DNA from: an uncultured Methanoregulaceae archaeon
Lineage (GTDB): Archaea; Halobacteriota; Methanomicrobia; Methanomicrobiales; Methanospirillaceae
Assembly: GCA_963717525.1 (NCBI GenBank)
Contig: OY970343.1
Span: forward strand, 992,001 to 1,056,000
DNA length: 64,000 nt
Direction of reading: 5' to 3'
Each line of letters opens with the position of its first letter. Position 1 is the first letter of the stretch. Positions 41,393 to 52,957 of the stretch are shown here, piece after piece. The position numbers and the translations under genes were made by a program. The notes beneath the pieces are model-generated. The model did not search any database. It worked only from the letters and a program-made list of their open reading frames with translations, and was not told where the DNA came from.

Positions 41393-42568
41393 ATGAACCG
41401 GAATACTGCCATTGCGCAGGTCCAGGAACTCATGCAGGACTTTGCCAGGCTGACCGGACTTGATCCGGTTGGTGCCAGCCCACGACGTTACCTCTGGACA
41501 GATGCGTTTGCGGTCTGCAATTATCTCGGGCTCTTTGAAAAGACCGGAGACACCGCATTCCATGAACTGGCCCTGCGCCTTGTCGGCCAGGTACACGATA
41601 CGCTGGGCCGGCACCGTGCAGATGATACGCGGATCGGCTGGATCAGTGGTCTTTCCCTGCAGGAAGGAGAACAGCACCCGACAGCCGGGGGCCTGCGGAT
41701 AGGAAAAACCCTGTCCGAGCGCGGCATAAACGAACCGTTCGACGACCAGCGGGAATGGGACCGCGACGGGCAGTATTTCCATTACCTGACAAAGTGGATG
41801 CATGCACTTAGCCGGGTGAGCAGGGTCACCGGCAACCCGGACTATCTCGGCTGGGCAATAGACCTTGCACGCATTGCCCATGCCCGGTTCACATACCTCC
41901 CCAAAGGCAGCAGTAAAAAAATGATGTACTGGAAGATGAGCATCGACCTTTCCCGCCCGCTTGTGCTCTCCATGGGCCAGCACGACCCGCTCGATGGCTT
42001 CGTCACCTATAATGAGCTGCAGCTCGTCGCGTCCCAGGACTTCGGCCTCACGACAGAGTCCTGCCTTACCGGGGAGATCGCGGACATAACCGGCATCTGC
42101 CGGGGCATGGGCATGGCAACTGACGATCCTCTCGGCATCGGGGGCCTCCTGTGCGACGCATTACGGATCACCAATCTTGCGACCCGGGACGGGCCGGTGT
42201 ATGCCAGCCTGCTGGAGACCGTTCTTGGTTCAGCACTTGCCGGCCTTCGTTCCTATACCGGATCCGGATCTTTCAGGATCCCTGCCCGGTACCGTCTCGC
42301 ATTCCGCGAGCTTGGCCTGTCAATCGGGCTTGCCGGGATCGAAACGTTGCCGGACCGGCTGGGGAAAAACCGGCACCTGTACGGAAACTATGATACCCTG
42401 AACCAACAGGTCCGGGCCATCCATGAGTATATGCCGCTCCGCGAACAGATCGAAGGGTTCTGGCTGGAGGGGAAAAACAGGGAGGCCGGCACCTGGACTG
42501 AACACCGGGAGATTAATATGGTGATGCTTGCCACCAGCCTCGCCCCTGAGGGGTTTTTGGGAATTTAA
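41393..42568 (+). CDS. Conserved hypothetical protein
   Basis: 391-aa ORF with RYLWTDAFAV, DGQYFHYLTKW, WKMS.DLSRPLV.SMGQHDPLDG. Confidence 0.75.
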   Translation: MNRNTAIAQVQELMQDFARLTGLDPVGASPRRYLWTDAFAVCNYLGLFEKTGDTAFHELALRLVGQVHDTLGRHRADDTRIGWISGLSLQEGEQHPTAGGLRIGKTLSERGINEPFDDQREWDRDGQYFHYLTKWMHALSRVSRVTGNPDYLGWAIDLARIAHARFTYLPKGSSKKMMYWKMSIDLSRPLVLSMGQHDPLDGFVTYNELQLVASQDFGLTTESCLTGEIADITGICRGMGMATDDPLGIGGLLCDALRITNLATRDGPVYASLLETVLGSALAGLRSYTGSGSFRIPARYRLAFRELGLSIGLAGIETLPDRLGKNRHLYGNYDTLNQQVRAIHEYMPLREQIEGFWLEGKNREAGTWTEHREINMVMLATSLAPEGFLGI

Positions 42569-42594
42569 AAAAAGATTCAGCCGCTCGTCCTGGA

Positions 42595-43014
42595 TCAGAT
42601 ATTTGCTTTTGACCGGTTCTTTTTGAGGCTTTTGCACCGGTTGAAGTACGTCTCGCCCCAGATCCACGGCTGGTACGTGCAGCACATCTCGGGTTTTACC
42701 GCATGGATCCCGCAGAGGTACCGCTCTTTTGCCACCCGGCGCAGGAACGGGCAGACAGACATGTACCCGCCGGTCGAGTGGTCACGCATCTCGAAGACTA
42801 CGACACCGCCGAGATCGTCCACCGCGAGATCGAGGCAGCTGACCGGTATGCTCCCGTTCTCGACAAACGCGACAAACCAGCGCAGGATATCGGTCCGCCC
42901 CTGCTCCATCCAGGTGTACACGTTTGCCGCAGTCGGTGCAATGCCGGGGCCGAAGATCCGGCAGCAGAGCCCGCACTGCTCGCAGGGCTCCTCCTCAGGA
43001 ACAGGGTCGTCCAT
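42595..43014 (-). CDS. YkgJ family cysteine-cluster protein
   Basis: C.QCGLCC, CPFL, C.IH..KP..C..Y. Confidence 0.82.
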   Translation of the reverse strand: MDDPVPEEEPCEQCGLCCRIFGPGIAPTAANVYTWMEQGRTDILRWFVAFVENGSIPVSCLDLAVDDLGGVVVFEMRDHSTGGYMSVCPFLRRVAKERYLCGIHAVKPEMCCTYQPWIWGETYFNRCKSLKKNRSKANI

Positions 43015-43196
43015 CGCGCTTCCTTCCACTATTCATCCGGCTGGGCGATAAGGGTTTGCCGGCAGGCGGGAGCGGTGATCCGGAGATCTCGCAAACGAAG
43101 CCTGTGCATGATGAAGCGACCGCCATGTGAGACCGCGACAGGGAGGAAGAAAGGGGACAGAAAGGTTCATCACGAGGCACGCGAAGAAGCGTCCAT

Positions 43197-45413
43197 ATGA
43201 CCGACGCGCTCACCTGGTACCTCTCAGGGATGCGCCTCCAGGAAGAGGAACGGCACGAGCAGGCACTCGACGCGTTCGGACAGTCTGTTGCCCTTGATCC
43301 GGGGAATGCCGGGGCATGGGTAGGAAAGGGCATGGCAGAGGCCCGTCTCGGGGAGTACCAGGAAGCAATCCAGTCGTTTGACCGGGCGCTTGCCCTCGGC
43401 GACCTGAATCCCTTTGTCTGGAACAGCCGCGGTCTCGCATTCCATCTTCTCGGACAGGATGACGAAGCGGTCGTTTCCTACAACCGGGCGCTTGCCACCG
43501 ATACCACAAATCCCCTGACATGGACCGGCCTTGGCGATGCCCTGCGCACGATGGAGCGGTACGACAGCGCACGGGAAGCGTACGGGACAGCCCTCATGCA
43601 CGCACCGGGAACAGTCGCCGCCCTCCTGGGCATGGGCATGGTTGCGTTCGAGCTTGCGGAGTACCCGCAGGCAGAGGAATACTGCGGGAAAGTCCTTGCC
43701 CTTGAACCGGCTCACGCAATCGCGCTCACCCTGCTTGGTACATCCCTGATGGAGGAGAAGCACTACCAGCGGGCCGTGGCGGCTTTCGACCGCGCCCTTG
43801 ATACCGACAGGGATTTTGCCCCGGCTCTTTCCGGCAAGGCAACAGCACTCTGCAACCTGGGCAGCTTTTCCGACGCGCTCCCGCTCTTTGTCCGGTCCCT
43901 CGATCTCGATCCCGCGCTCCTTGACGCATGGAGCGGAAAAGGCATGGCACTTGGAGCACTCGGCAGGCACGAGGCTGCACTGCTCGCATTTGACCAGGCG
44001 CTTGCCCTTGAACCGGACTGTGCAGTGATCTGGTACTCCGAAGGGCAGATCTGCCGGTTTTCAAGCCGGCTGGAAGGACGGGATCCGAGGATCTCGCGCC
44101 TGGCCCCGCCCGTAAAAGGTGTTGTCGCGGCCGGCAGTAGTCCGGGGGCAGACCTGATGCGATCGGAATGCTACGAGGACGCGGTCCGATCATTCGACCG
44201 GGAGATAGAAGAGGACCGGCATTCTGCGGTTCTCTGGTGTAACCGGGGCATCGCACTCGATGCGATGGGGCGGCACTATGAGGCGGCCATCTCGTACACG
44301 AACGCGATCAACATCGATCCCCGTATGGCGGCCGCGTGGTATAACCGGGGGCTCGCGGAAAGCGATCTCGATCAAAATGAGGCAGTAATTGCATCCTTCA
44401 ACCACGCAGCCGGGCTCGATCCTGATGCCGCAATGGTCTGGATGGCAAAGGCACACACATACCATAAAATGTACCTCTTTGAGGAGGAACTTGCGGCCTG
44501 CGATGCGGCGATAGCACGGGAACCCAACCTTGCCATGGCCTGGCACAATCGGGGCGTCATCCTCCAGCAGATGAACCGGACGAAGGATGCGCTCGAATCG
44601 TTCGATCAGGCAGTCTCCATCGACAGAGGGTATGCCGCTGCATGGTATAACAAGGCGGTCCTGCAGTGCCGGGACGGCGGGTACGAAACCGCGCTGCAGG
44701 CTTTCGATATCGCGCTCTCCCTCAACCCCCGGCACATGCTCTCGTGGTTCTGCGAAAGTCTTGCCCTCATCAACCTGGGACGGACAAGCCTTGGAAAGAA
44801 GGCATTTATCCGGGCCACCCGGCTTGCGCCCGGCCTCTCGCTCCAGCGGCGCACACACGGGGGATCGGTCTTCCTTTCTTCAAAGAACCGGATCTACGCA
44901 CGCCGGCTTGACCGGAGGACCCCGCTTTTCATGGACCCGGCCCGGTTCTGGTTCCGGGCAGGAACCGACCTGTACCAGGCACAGAAAAACACCGAAGCCG
45001 TCGCCGCGCTCCGCCGTGCGCTCGCTCTCAACCCGGAGAACGCCCGGGGCTGGTCGCACTTAGCGCAGGCATACACCCGGCTCGGCAGGTTTCCGCCGGC
45101 ACTCGAGGCCTACGGCCATGCACTTGCGATTAACCCTCTGAATGTACCGGTCTGGAACAATAAGGGGCTCATCCACCGGCGGCTGCGACAGGAGAACGCA
45201 GCCATAGCCTCGTTCCAGCGCGCCCTCGCAATCGACCCGGCCCACTTCAACGGGTGGTACAACCTCGGCCTCATCTTCCTTGACGGCCAGAAGTACGAAA
45301 AGGCCGGCGAGGCGTTCGACCGGGCTCTTGCCCTGCGGCCCGGTGATCCCCGGGCGCTCGACCGAAAGAAGTTCGCCCTGCAGGGAGCAGGTTCGCCGGA
45401 AAAGACACCGTAA
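43197..45413 (+). CDS. Large TPR-repeat protein
   Basis: Many 34-aa repeats of the type AW..KG..L..LG.Y.EA...FD.AL.LDP. Confidence 0.92.
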   Translation: MTDALTWYLSGMRLQEEERHEQALDAFGQSVALDPGNAGAWVGKGMAEARLGEYQEAIQSFDRALALGDLNPFVWNSRGLAFHLLGQDDEAVVSYNRALATDTTNPLTWTGLGDALRTMERYDSAREAYGTALMHAPGTVAALLGMGMVAFELAEYPQAEEYCGKVLALEPAHAIALTLLGTSLMEEKHYQRAVAAFDRALDTDRDFAPALSGKATALCNLGSFSDALPLFVRSLDLDPALLDAWSGKGMALGALGRHEAALLAFDQALALEPDCAVIWYSEGQICRFSSRLEGRDPRISRLAPPVKGVVAAGSSPGADLMRSECYEDAVRSFDREIEEDRHSAVLWCNRGIALDAMGRHYEAAISYTNAINIDPRMAAAWYNRGLAESDLDQNEAVIASFNHAAGLDPDAAMVWMAKAHTYHKMYLFEEELAACDAAIAREPNLAMAWHNRGVILQQMNRTKDALESFDQAVSIDRGYAAAWYNKAVLQCRDGGYETALQAFDIALSLNPRHMLSWFCESLALINLGRTSLGKKAFIRATRLAPGLSLQRRTHGGSVFLSSKNRIYARRLDRRTPLFMDPARFWFRAGTDLYQAQKNTEAVAALRRALALNPENARGWSHLAQAYTRLGRFPPALEAYGHALAINPLNVPVWNNKGLIHRRLRQENAAIASFQRALAIDPAHFNGWYNLGLIFLDGQKYEKAGEAFDRALALRPGDPRALDRKKFALQGAGSPEKTP

Positions 45414-45457
45414 GGCCGGAACCGGAACGCACCGTCCGGATCCCCGGCATATCAGGA

Positions 45458-46393
45458 CTACGCGTCGTAATTAGTGATCAAAAGTTCGTTTACCACGCCG
45501 CGCCGGGCGCCGTTGCAGTTGATCATCCGTTTTGCCGGCACCCGCCGGATGGTGAAACCGTCGTACAACTCGTCAAAGTAGGAATCGCCCGGGTTCTCGC
45601 TCGCGGGATCGGAGTTGCTCAGCATGACGAGCGCACCTTTCCGGTCCAGTTCCCGGAAAAATTTTGCCAGGCGCACCTGGTCGGCATCGGAAAAACCGAC
45701 CTGCGAGTAGGAAGTAAAGGAGGAGGTCGCGTTCAGCGGCCGGTAGGGCGGATCGAGGTACACGAAGGTCCGGTTGTCAACGGTACTCCTGCACCGGGTA
45801 AAATCGCCACAGAGGATACGGGTGTGTGCAAGCAACAAAGCGACACCCTGCAGGTTCTGGTAATTAAGGATCTCCGGGTTTTTGTACCGACCGAACGGGA
45901 CATTGAACCCGCCGCTTTTGTTCACCCGGAAGAGTCCGTTATAACAGGTGTGGTTGAGGAAGATGATCTGCGCTGCCCGCCGGATCCACCGGGAATTATA
46001 GCGGCTGAAATCGGTCGCAGCACGCTCCCGGTTAAAAGTCTCCCGGACATCGTAATAGTACGCTTCCTGCTGCGGGCCGCTTTTCACCCGGTATTCGGAC
46101 TCGATTGCCGCGAGTTCGCTTGTGAGTTTCAATAGAGACGTCCGGATCACCCGGTACGTAAGGACCAGTTCCTCGTTGATATCGCAGACCGTGGACTTCT
46201 CGAACGGGAAGCACCGGGAAAGGGAGAAGAATACTGCACCGCCACCGATGAACGGCTCGATGTACCGGGTGATCACCCGGTCCCTGAATGCGGCAAGTGG
46301 CAGGTATTGGGCAAACTCGCCGAGTAACTGCGATTTCCCCCCGGCCCATTTCAGGAATGGCCGCACCCCGGAAGTTCGTCCCTGTCGTGCCAT
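45458..46393 (-). CDS. dam: Orphan Dam-family DNA adenine methyltransferase
   Basis: FLKWAGGK, EPFIGGG, DPPY, ELLITNY; no adjacent REase. Confidence 0.93.
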   Translation of the reverse strand: MARQGRTSGVRPFLKWAGGKSQLLGEFAQYLPLAAFRDRVITRYIEPFIGGGAVFFSLSRCFPFEKSTVCDINEELVLTYRVIRTSLLKLTSELAAIESEYRVKSGPQQEAYYYDVRETFNRERAATDFSRYNSRWIRRAAQIIFLNHTCYNGLFRVNKSGGFNVPFGRYKNPEILNYQNLQGVALLLAHTRILCGDFTRCRSTVDNRTFVYLDPPYRPLNATSSFTSYSQVGFSDADQVRLAKFFRELDRKGALVMLSNSDPASENPGDSYFDELYDGFTIRRVPAKRMINCNGARRGVVNELLITNYDA

Positions 46394-46611
46394 AGGAATA
46401 ACGCGGGCAGTCCGCACCTATCAGGTATCGCATTACTCGGTTATCATAGCTGGGATGCAGATCGGCAGGTCCTTTTTTTGTAGCATTCATGGTCCCCGGG
46501 ACGAGATATTTTCCCGGCCCATTCCCCGATGTGACAAATACAGTGCGGGGTCGATTTTATACCCCTACCCCCCCCACAACTCCCTATGCGGTTGTCGCGG
46601 GTGAAGGAAGC

Positions 46612-47609
46612 ATGGTGAGCGAAAAGGCCGGTCCTGTCCTGCCAGGCAGAGAGTCCATTGCACGAAGGGACAGGAAAATACTCTCGGGCCTTCTCCTTTT
46701 TGTCATTGCCGTTGCCCTCATCCTCATCCCGGTTGCTGCTGACAGCGGAAGCGGAACGATGACATCTGCTCCCGTTCCCGGCCCCCAGGTTGTATACATT
46801 GGGGTGTATGTCGTCGACTTAAAGCAGTTCAGCGTCGCGGACGGGACCTACGAGACCAATTTTTACCTCAGCCTCCGTTCGGATGCGAATGTCTCGATCA
46901 ACGACCTCGAGTTCATGAACGGGCGGGCAACATCTGTTACCACCATCACGGACACACCGCAGGAGAAGGATTACCGGGTCTACGCGACGATGACCGCAAA
47001 TCCCGACCTGCGCCTCTACCCCTTCGACAACCACACGCTCCCGATCATCGTTGAGCCGACGGTTTTCGCCGAGAAGGAAATGGTCTTTGTTATTGACGAA
47101 AATAACACAGGCCTCGATTCGGAGGCGGACCTTCCGGGGTGGACGCTGACCGGCATGTCCGCGGAGGTCACCAACCAGACCTACGTGGCAGGAGAGGTCC
47201 CCTACTCCCGGGCAGTCTTCAACAACGGGATCCAGCGGGATACCGCCTCGACCCTTTTGAAGTTCTTCCTCCCCATCATGCTCATCATCATCGTCTCCCT
47301 CGCGTCGCTCCTGATGAAGGTCTCCTCACGGCTGGGACTGAACGGATCGATGTTCCTGGCCGCTGTGCTCATCCACTGGCGTATCGCGGATGCCATCCCG
47401 CTTGTTGCCTACGCTACCTTCCTGGACTTCTTTATGATCATCACCTACGCAACGCTGGTAATGGTCATCGTCTCCGGGATCCTGATCATCAGTACACCGA
47501 AGACAAGAATGCCCGGCGGGTTGAACAGGTCAATTACTGGTCGCTCCGTCTCGTCCCGGCAGTCTCGATCTCGCTGTACATCCTGCTTTTCCTTATACTC
47601 ATGCTCTAG
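46612..47609 (+). CDS. Pentameric ligand-gated ion channel (GLIC/ELIC-like); frameshift at ~47490 before M4
   Basis: Pro-loop DLRLYPFD, GW, R..LLKFFLP (pre-M1/M1), M2 SRLGL, IP.VAYATFLD (M2-M3); M4 in the shifted frame. Confidence 0.8.
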
Positions 47610-48084
47610 GGATCAGAGCCCGGAAATACAGGGGGAAACCCCTCCTTTTATCCCCCGGTAAGGAAGCGGACGATAAAATTTTGGCCGGTTACACGGCGAA
47701 GGCGGCGCATAAGGAAGGCAAACGCGCACATCCCGGCAAGAAAGATGCAGGTGCACAAAAGAAATTACGGGTGGGGGAGCCGGAAGCCGGCAGGCCCGAT
47801 GATAGAATCGGGAAAGTGCTTGTGCTTAATGTTCCTTGATGACAAGTGATTACCGGGAAAATTCTCCCTTACCAAAAGACAAAAACCGGAAGATGGGGAA
47901 TATGATTGTCTAACTGAACATTCCCTGGGGATGTGCGATGTGTGCCGTCGCCCCCGAAGGGGCGCCCCCGCGGCGGATCAGGAAGGTTAGCCGCACTTGT
48001 CCCGCCGTACCCCGGAGGGGCCCTGAGGCGGGAAACCCTCGTCTTTTACTTATACACAGTATCTGGGATGTGGATCTCAATTGC

Positions 48085-49023
48085 TTACTCCAGCACCGCA
48101 CCGATCAGGTTCCCGGCGATCTGGAGCGCCTCCATCTCGCTCTCCGTCCAGTCGCGGGAGACTGTGTCGGAGAAGCCCACGAATCCCCAGAGCGCATCGT
48201 TCCTGAAGAGCGGGAGCACCGCAATCGATGAAATTCCCCGCTCCTCGAAGAACCGGCGCTCGCCGCCGGGCAGCTTCTGCACATCGCCTGCGATCGAATT
48301 GCCACTCCCGAGAAGCGAACGCCACAGGAGAGTCGTAAACGTGAGTGACTCGGTCTTTGTGATCGAGACCTTTCCCCCGCCCGTCACCCCGGGGTCGACC
48401 CAGAGGTACTGGACGGTTGCGCCGTCCTTTCCCTCCCGTCCCGGGTTCATCCGGAAGATGCAGACGCTTGCGGCATGCACGGCAAACCCGATATGTTCAA
48501 GGATCTCCATGATCCCGGCCGAGAGGTTCTTCTCGTACCGGGTATCATGGGACGGGACCGACGCATGCCTGCGCAGGAACCATTCGATGGCAAAGCTAAT
48601 GGCCAGGAGCAGGGTGTCATGCTTTTTTATCTCCTTGTCGAGCCGGGACCGGTGGAGGGCGAGTTCGATCGCAAATGCAAGTTCCCGCTCGTTGAACGGC
48701 TTGAGGATATAGGCATACGGTTCGGTGCCTTTCACCCGTGCAAGGGTCTTTTTATCGGAATACGCGGTGACAAAGATAACCGGGACATCCATGATCTGCC
48801 CGAGTTTCCGTGCGGTTTCTATCCCGTCCATAGGCGAGCCTTCCAGCACGATGTCCATCAGGACCAGATCAGGGCTGAGTGCAGCGGCACGTTCCAGCGC
48901 CTCACTGCTGCCACCTGCGGGCTCCGGGACTTCGTATCCCATCCCGGTGAGCACGAGTCGCAGGTTCTCGGCAACGATCAGTTCATCCTCGACTATCAGT
49001 ATCGATGGCATTTTTTCGTCCAT
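48085..49023 (-). CDS. Response regulator receiver + GAF domain
   Basis: ILIVEDE, PDLVLMDI, TAY, YILKPF; C-terminal GAF (SIAVLPLF...WGFVGF.D...R.W...E). Confidence 0.9.
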   Translation of the reverse strand: MDEKMPSILIVEDELIVAENLRLVLTGMGYEVPEPAGGSSEALERAAALSPDLVLMDIVLEGSPMDGIETARKLGQIMDVPVIFVTAYSDKKTLARVKGTEPYAYILKPFNERELAFAIELALHRSRLDKEIKKHDTLLLAISFAIEWFLRRHASVPSHDTRYEKNLSAGIMEILEHIGFAVHAASVCIFRMNPGREGKDGATVQYLWVDPGVTGGGKVSITKTESLTFTTLLWRSLLGSGNSIAGDVQKLPGGERRFFEERGISSIAVLPLFRNDALWGFVGFSDTVSRDWTESEMEALQIAGNLIGAVLE

Positions 49024-49027
49024 ATAT

Positions 49028-50059
49028 TCACCCCGCATACGGGAGGGTTATGACAAACTGCGTCCCGCCGGTGCGATCGAGCCTGACCGTCCCTTTCAGC
49101 TGCCGCACCAGCATCCGGACAAGGTTGAAGCCGAGGGATTCCGCGTTCTCCCAGTCGAGATCCTCAGGTATCCCCCGGCCGTTGTCTTTGACGATGAGTG
49201 TTATCTGCGACGCATCCTTTTCCCCGGCGAGCGTTATCTCTCCGCCGTCCCTCCCGGTAAACGCGTACTTGAGGGCGTTTGCGATCAGTTCATTTGCGAT
49301 CAGCCCCAGCGGAATGGCGGTCGTGAGACTGACGTTTAAGTCCCGCACATCAGTGATCACCCGGATACCGGCGCGATCGACGCCATAGGCCACCCTGAGA
49401 TTGCCGGCCAGGTTCCGGAGGTACCGGTCAAAATCGATAGAGGCCAGGTCGCCGGACTGGTACAGGTTCTCGTGGATGAGTGCCATGGACTTAACCCGCG
49501 TCTGGCTGTCGAGAAGCGCAGCTGCACAGGCAGGATCCCCGGTCTTTCTCGACTGGAGGTAGAGAAGGCTCACGATGACCTGCAGGTTGTTTTTTACCCG
49601 GTGGTGGATCTCTTTGATAAGCACATCCTTTTCGTGCAGGGACTGCCGGAGGCGCTCTTCGGCGATGGCACGCTGGCAGACTTCGGTGATGAGCGCATCG
49701 TTTGCCTGCGCAAGTTCTGCCGTCCGCTCAAGGACGCGTTCCTCCAGCCGGCCGGTGAGCCGGGCGAGGTCCGCCTCGGCCTCGGTTTTCCGAATAATAT
49801 CCCTGAGGATCGCAAAGAGCCCGATCACCACAAAGGCATACCCGGTAGTCCTGAGGACAAAAAATTCCGGACCGGGAGGATTTTCACCCCCGTTGAGAAG
49901 AAGGAAGTGGGAGATGGCAAAGAGGGTGTAGGCACATCCGAAATACAGCGGGGTGATCTTCCTGATCCGGTAATAACCCCATACGCTGACAAGGACGATG
50001 CCGACGCACATGAGCAGGTTGACTGCTACCGAAATATCAATACTGTTCACGGTTGTCAT
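49028..50059 (-). CDS. Membrane sensor histidine kinase (HisKA_2)
   Basis: KEIHHRVKNNLQ, NEL..NALKYAF, DNG.G, SLG..LV; 3 N-terminal TM. Confidence 0.92.
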   Translation of the reverse strand: MTTVNSIDISVAVNLLMCVGIVLVSVWGYYRIRKITPLYFGCAYTLFAISHFLLLNGGENPPGPEFFVLRTTGYAFVVIGLFAILRDIIRKTEAEADLARLTGRLEERVLERTAELAQANDALITEVCQRAIAEERLRQSLHEKDVLIKEIHHRVKNNLQVIVSLLYLQSRKTGDPACAAALLDSQTRVKSMALIHENLYQSGDLASIDFDRYLRNLAGNLRVAYGVDRAGIRVITDVRDLNVSLTTAIPLGLIANELIANALKYAFTGRDGGEITLAGEKDASQITLIVKDNGRGIPEDLDWENAESLGFNLVRMLVRQLKGTVRLDRTGGTQFVITLPYAG

Positions 50060-50480
50060 CCTGAACCGCTCCTCCTGTGCGGTGCCTGCACCTGCACTGC
50101 GCTGAAATCCTTCACGTACTCCTTTTTCGCAGAAGCACCGCATAAACACGTCGTTGAGTGAAAAATTCACTGCGGTTAAGGGGCCGGATTTGCCATGCGG
50201 GAGACCCGCATACATGAAAATAAGAAAATGCCAGCCCCCCCGGGGCGGGCCAGCGTCCGGTTCTCATCCTCATCTCTCTACGCGACATCTCATACTTCTG
50301 GTATGGGCGGACTATTATCCCCTGAATTTTGCTTGTTTTCAAAATCCGGGCGATTATAAACGAAATAATTTTTTCACTTATCAGTTTCTTTATAAAAAGC
50401 CGGAACGGAAAGGAAAGTACAGCAGACCGGGCGTTCTCTGCTGGTGTAATTGAGATAACTTCGTGCAAACGGGGCGGTAC

Positions 50481-52023
50481 ATGAATAAGAGCACATTCCT
50501 TGACCATGCCATGTTCAAAAAAAAGCAGATCGACCGGGAGATGCCCGATTCCAACAGCAGCAGATCCCTTTCCCGCACCTTAAGCACGTTTGACCTGGTC
50601 ATGCTCGGTATCGGGGGCATCATCGGTATGGGCATATTTGTCCTGTCCGGCCTTGTCGCCGGGTTGCATGCGGGTAATGCCCTCCCCCTCTCGTTTGTCT
50701 TTGCCGGTGTAGCCTGCCTCTTTGCCGCTCTCTGCTATGCAGAATTTTCCGCCATGATCCCGCTTGCCGGAAGCGCCTACACGTACTGCTACATGACGCT
50801 CGGCGAGATCTGGGCGTGGATCATCGGCTGGGATCTCATTCTCGAATACGGCCTTGCGGTCTCAGCGGTGGCAATCGGCTGGTCCGGGTATCTCGGTGCG
50901 CTCCTCCGTTCCATCGGGTTGTACCTTCCTCCCGCCTTTCTCAACCCTCCGGGGACAGAAGGAGGGATAATCAATCTTCCCGCCGTGGGCATTGTCCTGT
51001 GCCTCTCCCTGCTTCTCGTACGGGGGACAAAAAAGAGCGCACGAACCAATGCGGCTATTGTGGCGATCAAGATTGCAGTCATCATCTTTTTCATTGTACC
51101 TGGGCCTCTTCTCTCTCAATCCGGCGAACTGGATCCCCTTTATGCCACCCAGAGGATGGCTTGGGATCTTCTCGGGAGCTGCGATCATCTTCTTTGCCTT
51201 CACCGGGTTTGACGCGGTGGTCACGGCTGCGGAGGAAACCAAAGATCCCAGAAAAAGCCTGCCTCTCGGCCTCATCGGTTCGCTTGCGATCTGCATCATC
51301 CTCTATATCGTGCTCGGCATCGTTCTCACCGGCATCGTACCGTTTGCAGAACTTCCCGGGGACAATGCTATCAATGCGCCGATCGCCTTTGCGCTGGGGA
51401 GGATCGGTATTCCCTGGGGAGCATTTATCGTCTCGATCGGTGCGCTCTGCGGCATGACCTCGGTGATCCTTGTCATGCTCTTCGGGCAGAGCCGGATCTT
51501 CTTTGCCATGTCCCGGGACGGCCTCCTGCCGGCATTTTTCTCGGACGTCAACGAGAAGACCCGGACCCCGGTAAAGGTCATCCTCGTCACCGGGATACTT
51601 ACGGCCTGCGTTGCCGGCTTCTTCCCCCTCGCCATCGTGGCGGAGCTCGTGAACATGGGCACGCTCATGGCGTTTGCGATCGTTGCGATCGGTATCCTCC
51701 TCCTGCGGGTCCAGAGGCCGGATCTTGTCCGGTCGTTCCGCTGTCCCTGCGTCCCTCTCATCCCTCTGCTCTGCGTGGGCACATGTACGTTTTTGATCCT
51801 AAATCTCAGTTCCCATGCCCACCTCATGTTTATTCTCTGGCTCGCCCTTGGCCTTGGGTTGTATTTCCTCTACGGCGTGCACAACGGTACCGCCCGGACC
51901 ATGAAGGGTACGTGTACCGATGGTGCAGTTGCCGGGGTTTCCGGCAATCCCCCACTCGTAACCGGCCCGGAGTTCCTGGTCCCCGATACCCCGAGGAATC
52001 CCGGGCAGCAGCAGGGGCCGTAA
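50481..52023 (+). CDS. Amino-acid permease (APC/CAT-like); frameshift at ~51095
   Basis: LGIGGIIG.GIFV, CYAEF..MIP.AGSAYTY, IGWDLILEY / FFAF.GFD.V.TAAEE.K.P, RIFFAMSRDGLLP. Confidence 0.9.
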
Positions 52024-52084
52024 ACCCGCCGGGGCGCACACGACTGCCCTGCCCTCCCGACCCGACCGCAAGCCTCTATACTCC

Positions 52085-52933
52085 ATGACTCGCACCGGTA
52101 GATCGATGGACGATGACCCCCGGCCCGCCCCGGCTCCCGCAAAATCCCAGATCCCCATGTGGGCGAAGTACCTGCTCTGGGCCATCGTCGCGCTCACCGT
52201 GATATTCGGTGCGCTGATCGCGGTGACACCGCTCGCGCTGTACCGCTTTGCCGGCCACTGTTTTGAGGCCGCGGCTGCCCTCATCTGCATGGCTATGTGT
52301 GCGTACGTGTACCTGCGCTGGTCCCGACGCCGGATCATCCTCCTGCTCGCAGCGTTTGCCTTCGGGGAGTATGCGCTCGCGACGATCTTCTGGTACTTTT
52401 TTTCCCTCCTGCCCGTAACGGAGAACCTTGGCCGGCCGTTTGTGTTTACCACCGTCGCCGAACTCTCGTTTCTTGGCTTCATGGTCTTTTTTATTGCGGC
52501 TTTCCAGATCGAGCAGGAAAAAGAGCCCACGCACCCGCTTCTCCCGTGGCTCTTCCTTGCGCTCTTCCTTGCCATCCCGTTGATCGTGATCGGCGAATAC
52601 GGCTTCACGCTCCGGATCGTGATGCTGCTTGTCCGGTTCCTTGTAGTGGAGCAGCTGATCGTGGTGACGATCGACCACGGGTTCTTCCGGTATTCCCTGC
52701 TCTGGACCGGGATCTGCGTGCGGTGCCTTGCCGCGATGCTGTACGGCCTGCGCGAAACGCTCCTTGTCTACTACACCTCCTGGACCATTCCCCTGCCCGG
52801 GGCCGGGGCGGCGATCTCCGTATATGACCTCGCGAGCCTTATCGGGCCCCTGATCATCGCTTCGTTTTCCCTGATCGTGTTGGGGCTCTTCGACTATGTG
52901 GCATTACAGGAGATGACCGGTTCACCAGCCTGA
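52085..52933 (+). CDS. Hypothetical multi-pass membrane protein
   Basis: ~8 hydrophobic segments; typical codon usage. Confidence 0.7.
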   Translation: MTRTGRSMDDDPRPAPAPAKSQIPMWAKYLLWAIVALTVIFGALIAVTPLALYRFAGHCFEAAAALICMAMCAYVYLRWSRRRIILLLAAFAFGEYALATIFWYFFSLLPVTENLGRPFVFTTVAELSFLGFMVFFIAAFQIEQEKEPTHPLLPWLFLALFLAIPLIVIGEYGFTLRIVMLLVRFLVVEQLIVVTIDHGFFRYSLLWTGICVRCLAAMLYGLRETLLVYYTSWTIPLPGAGAAISVYDLASLIGPLIIASFSLIVLGLFDYVALQEMTGSPA

Positions 52934-52957
52934 AGAGCCGGCGCAGCCGGTTTTTCA

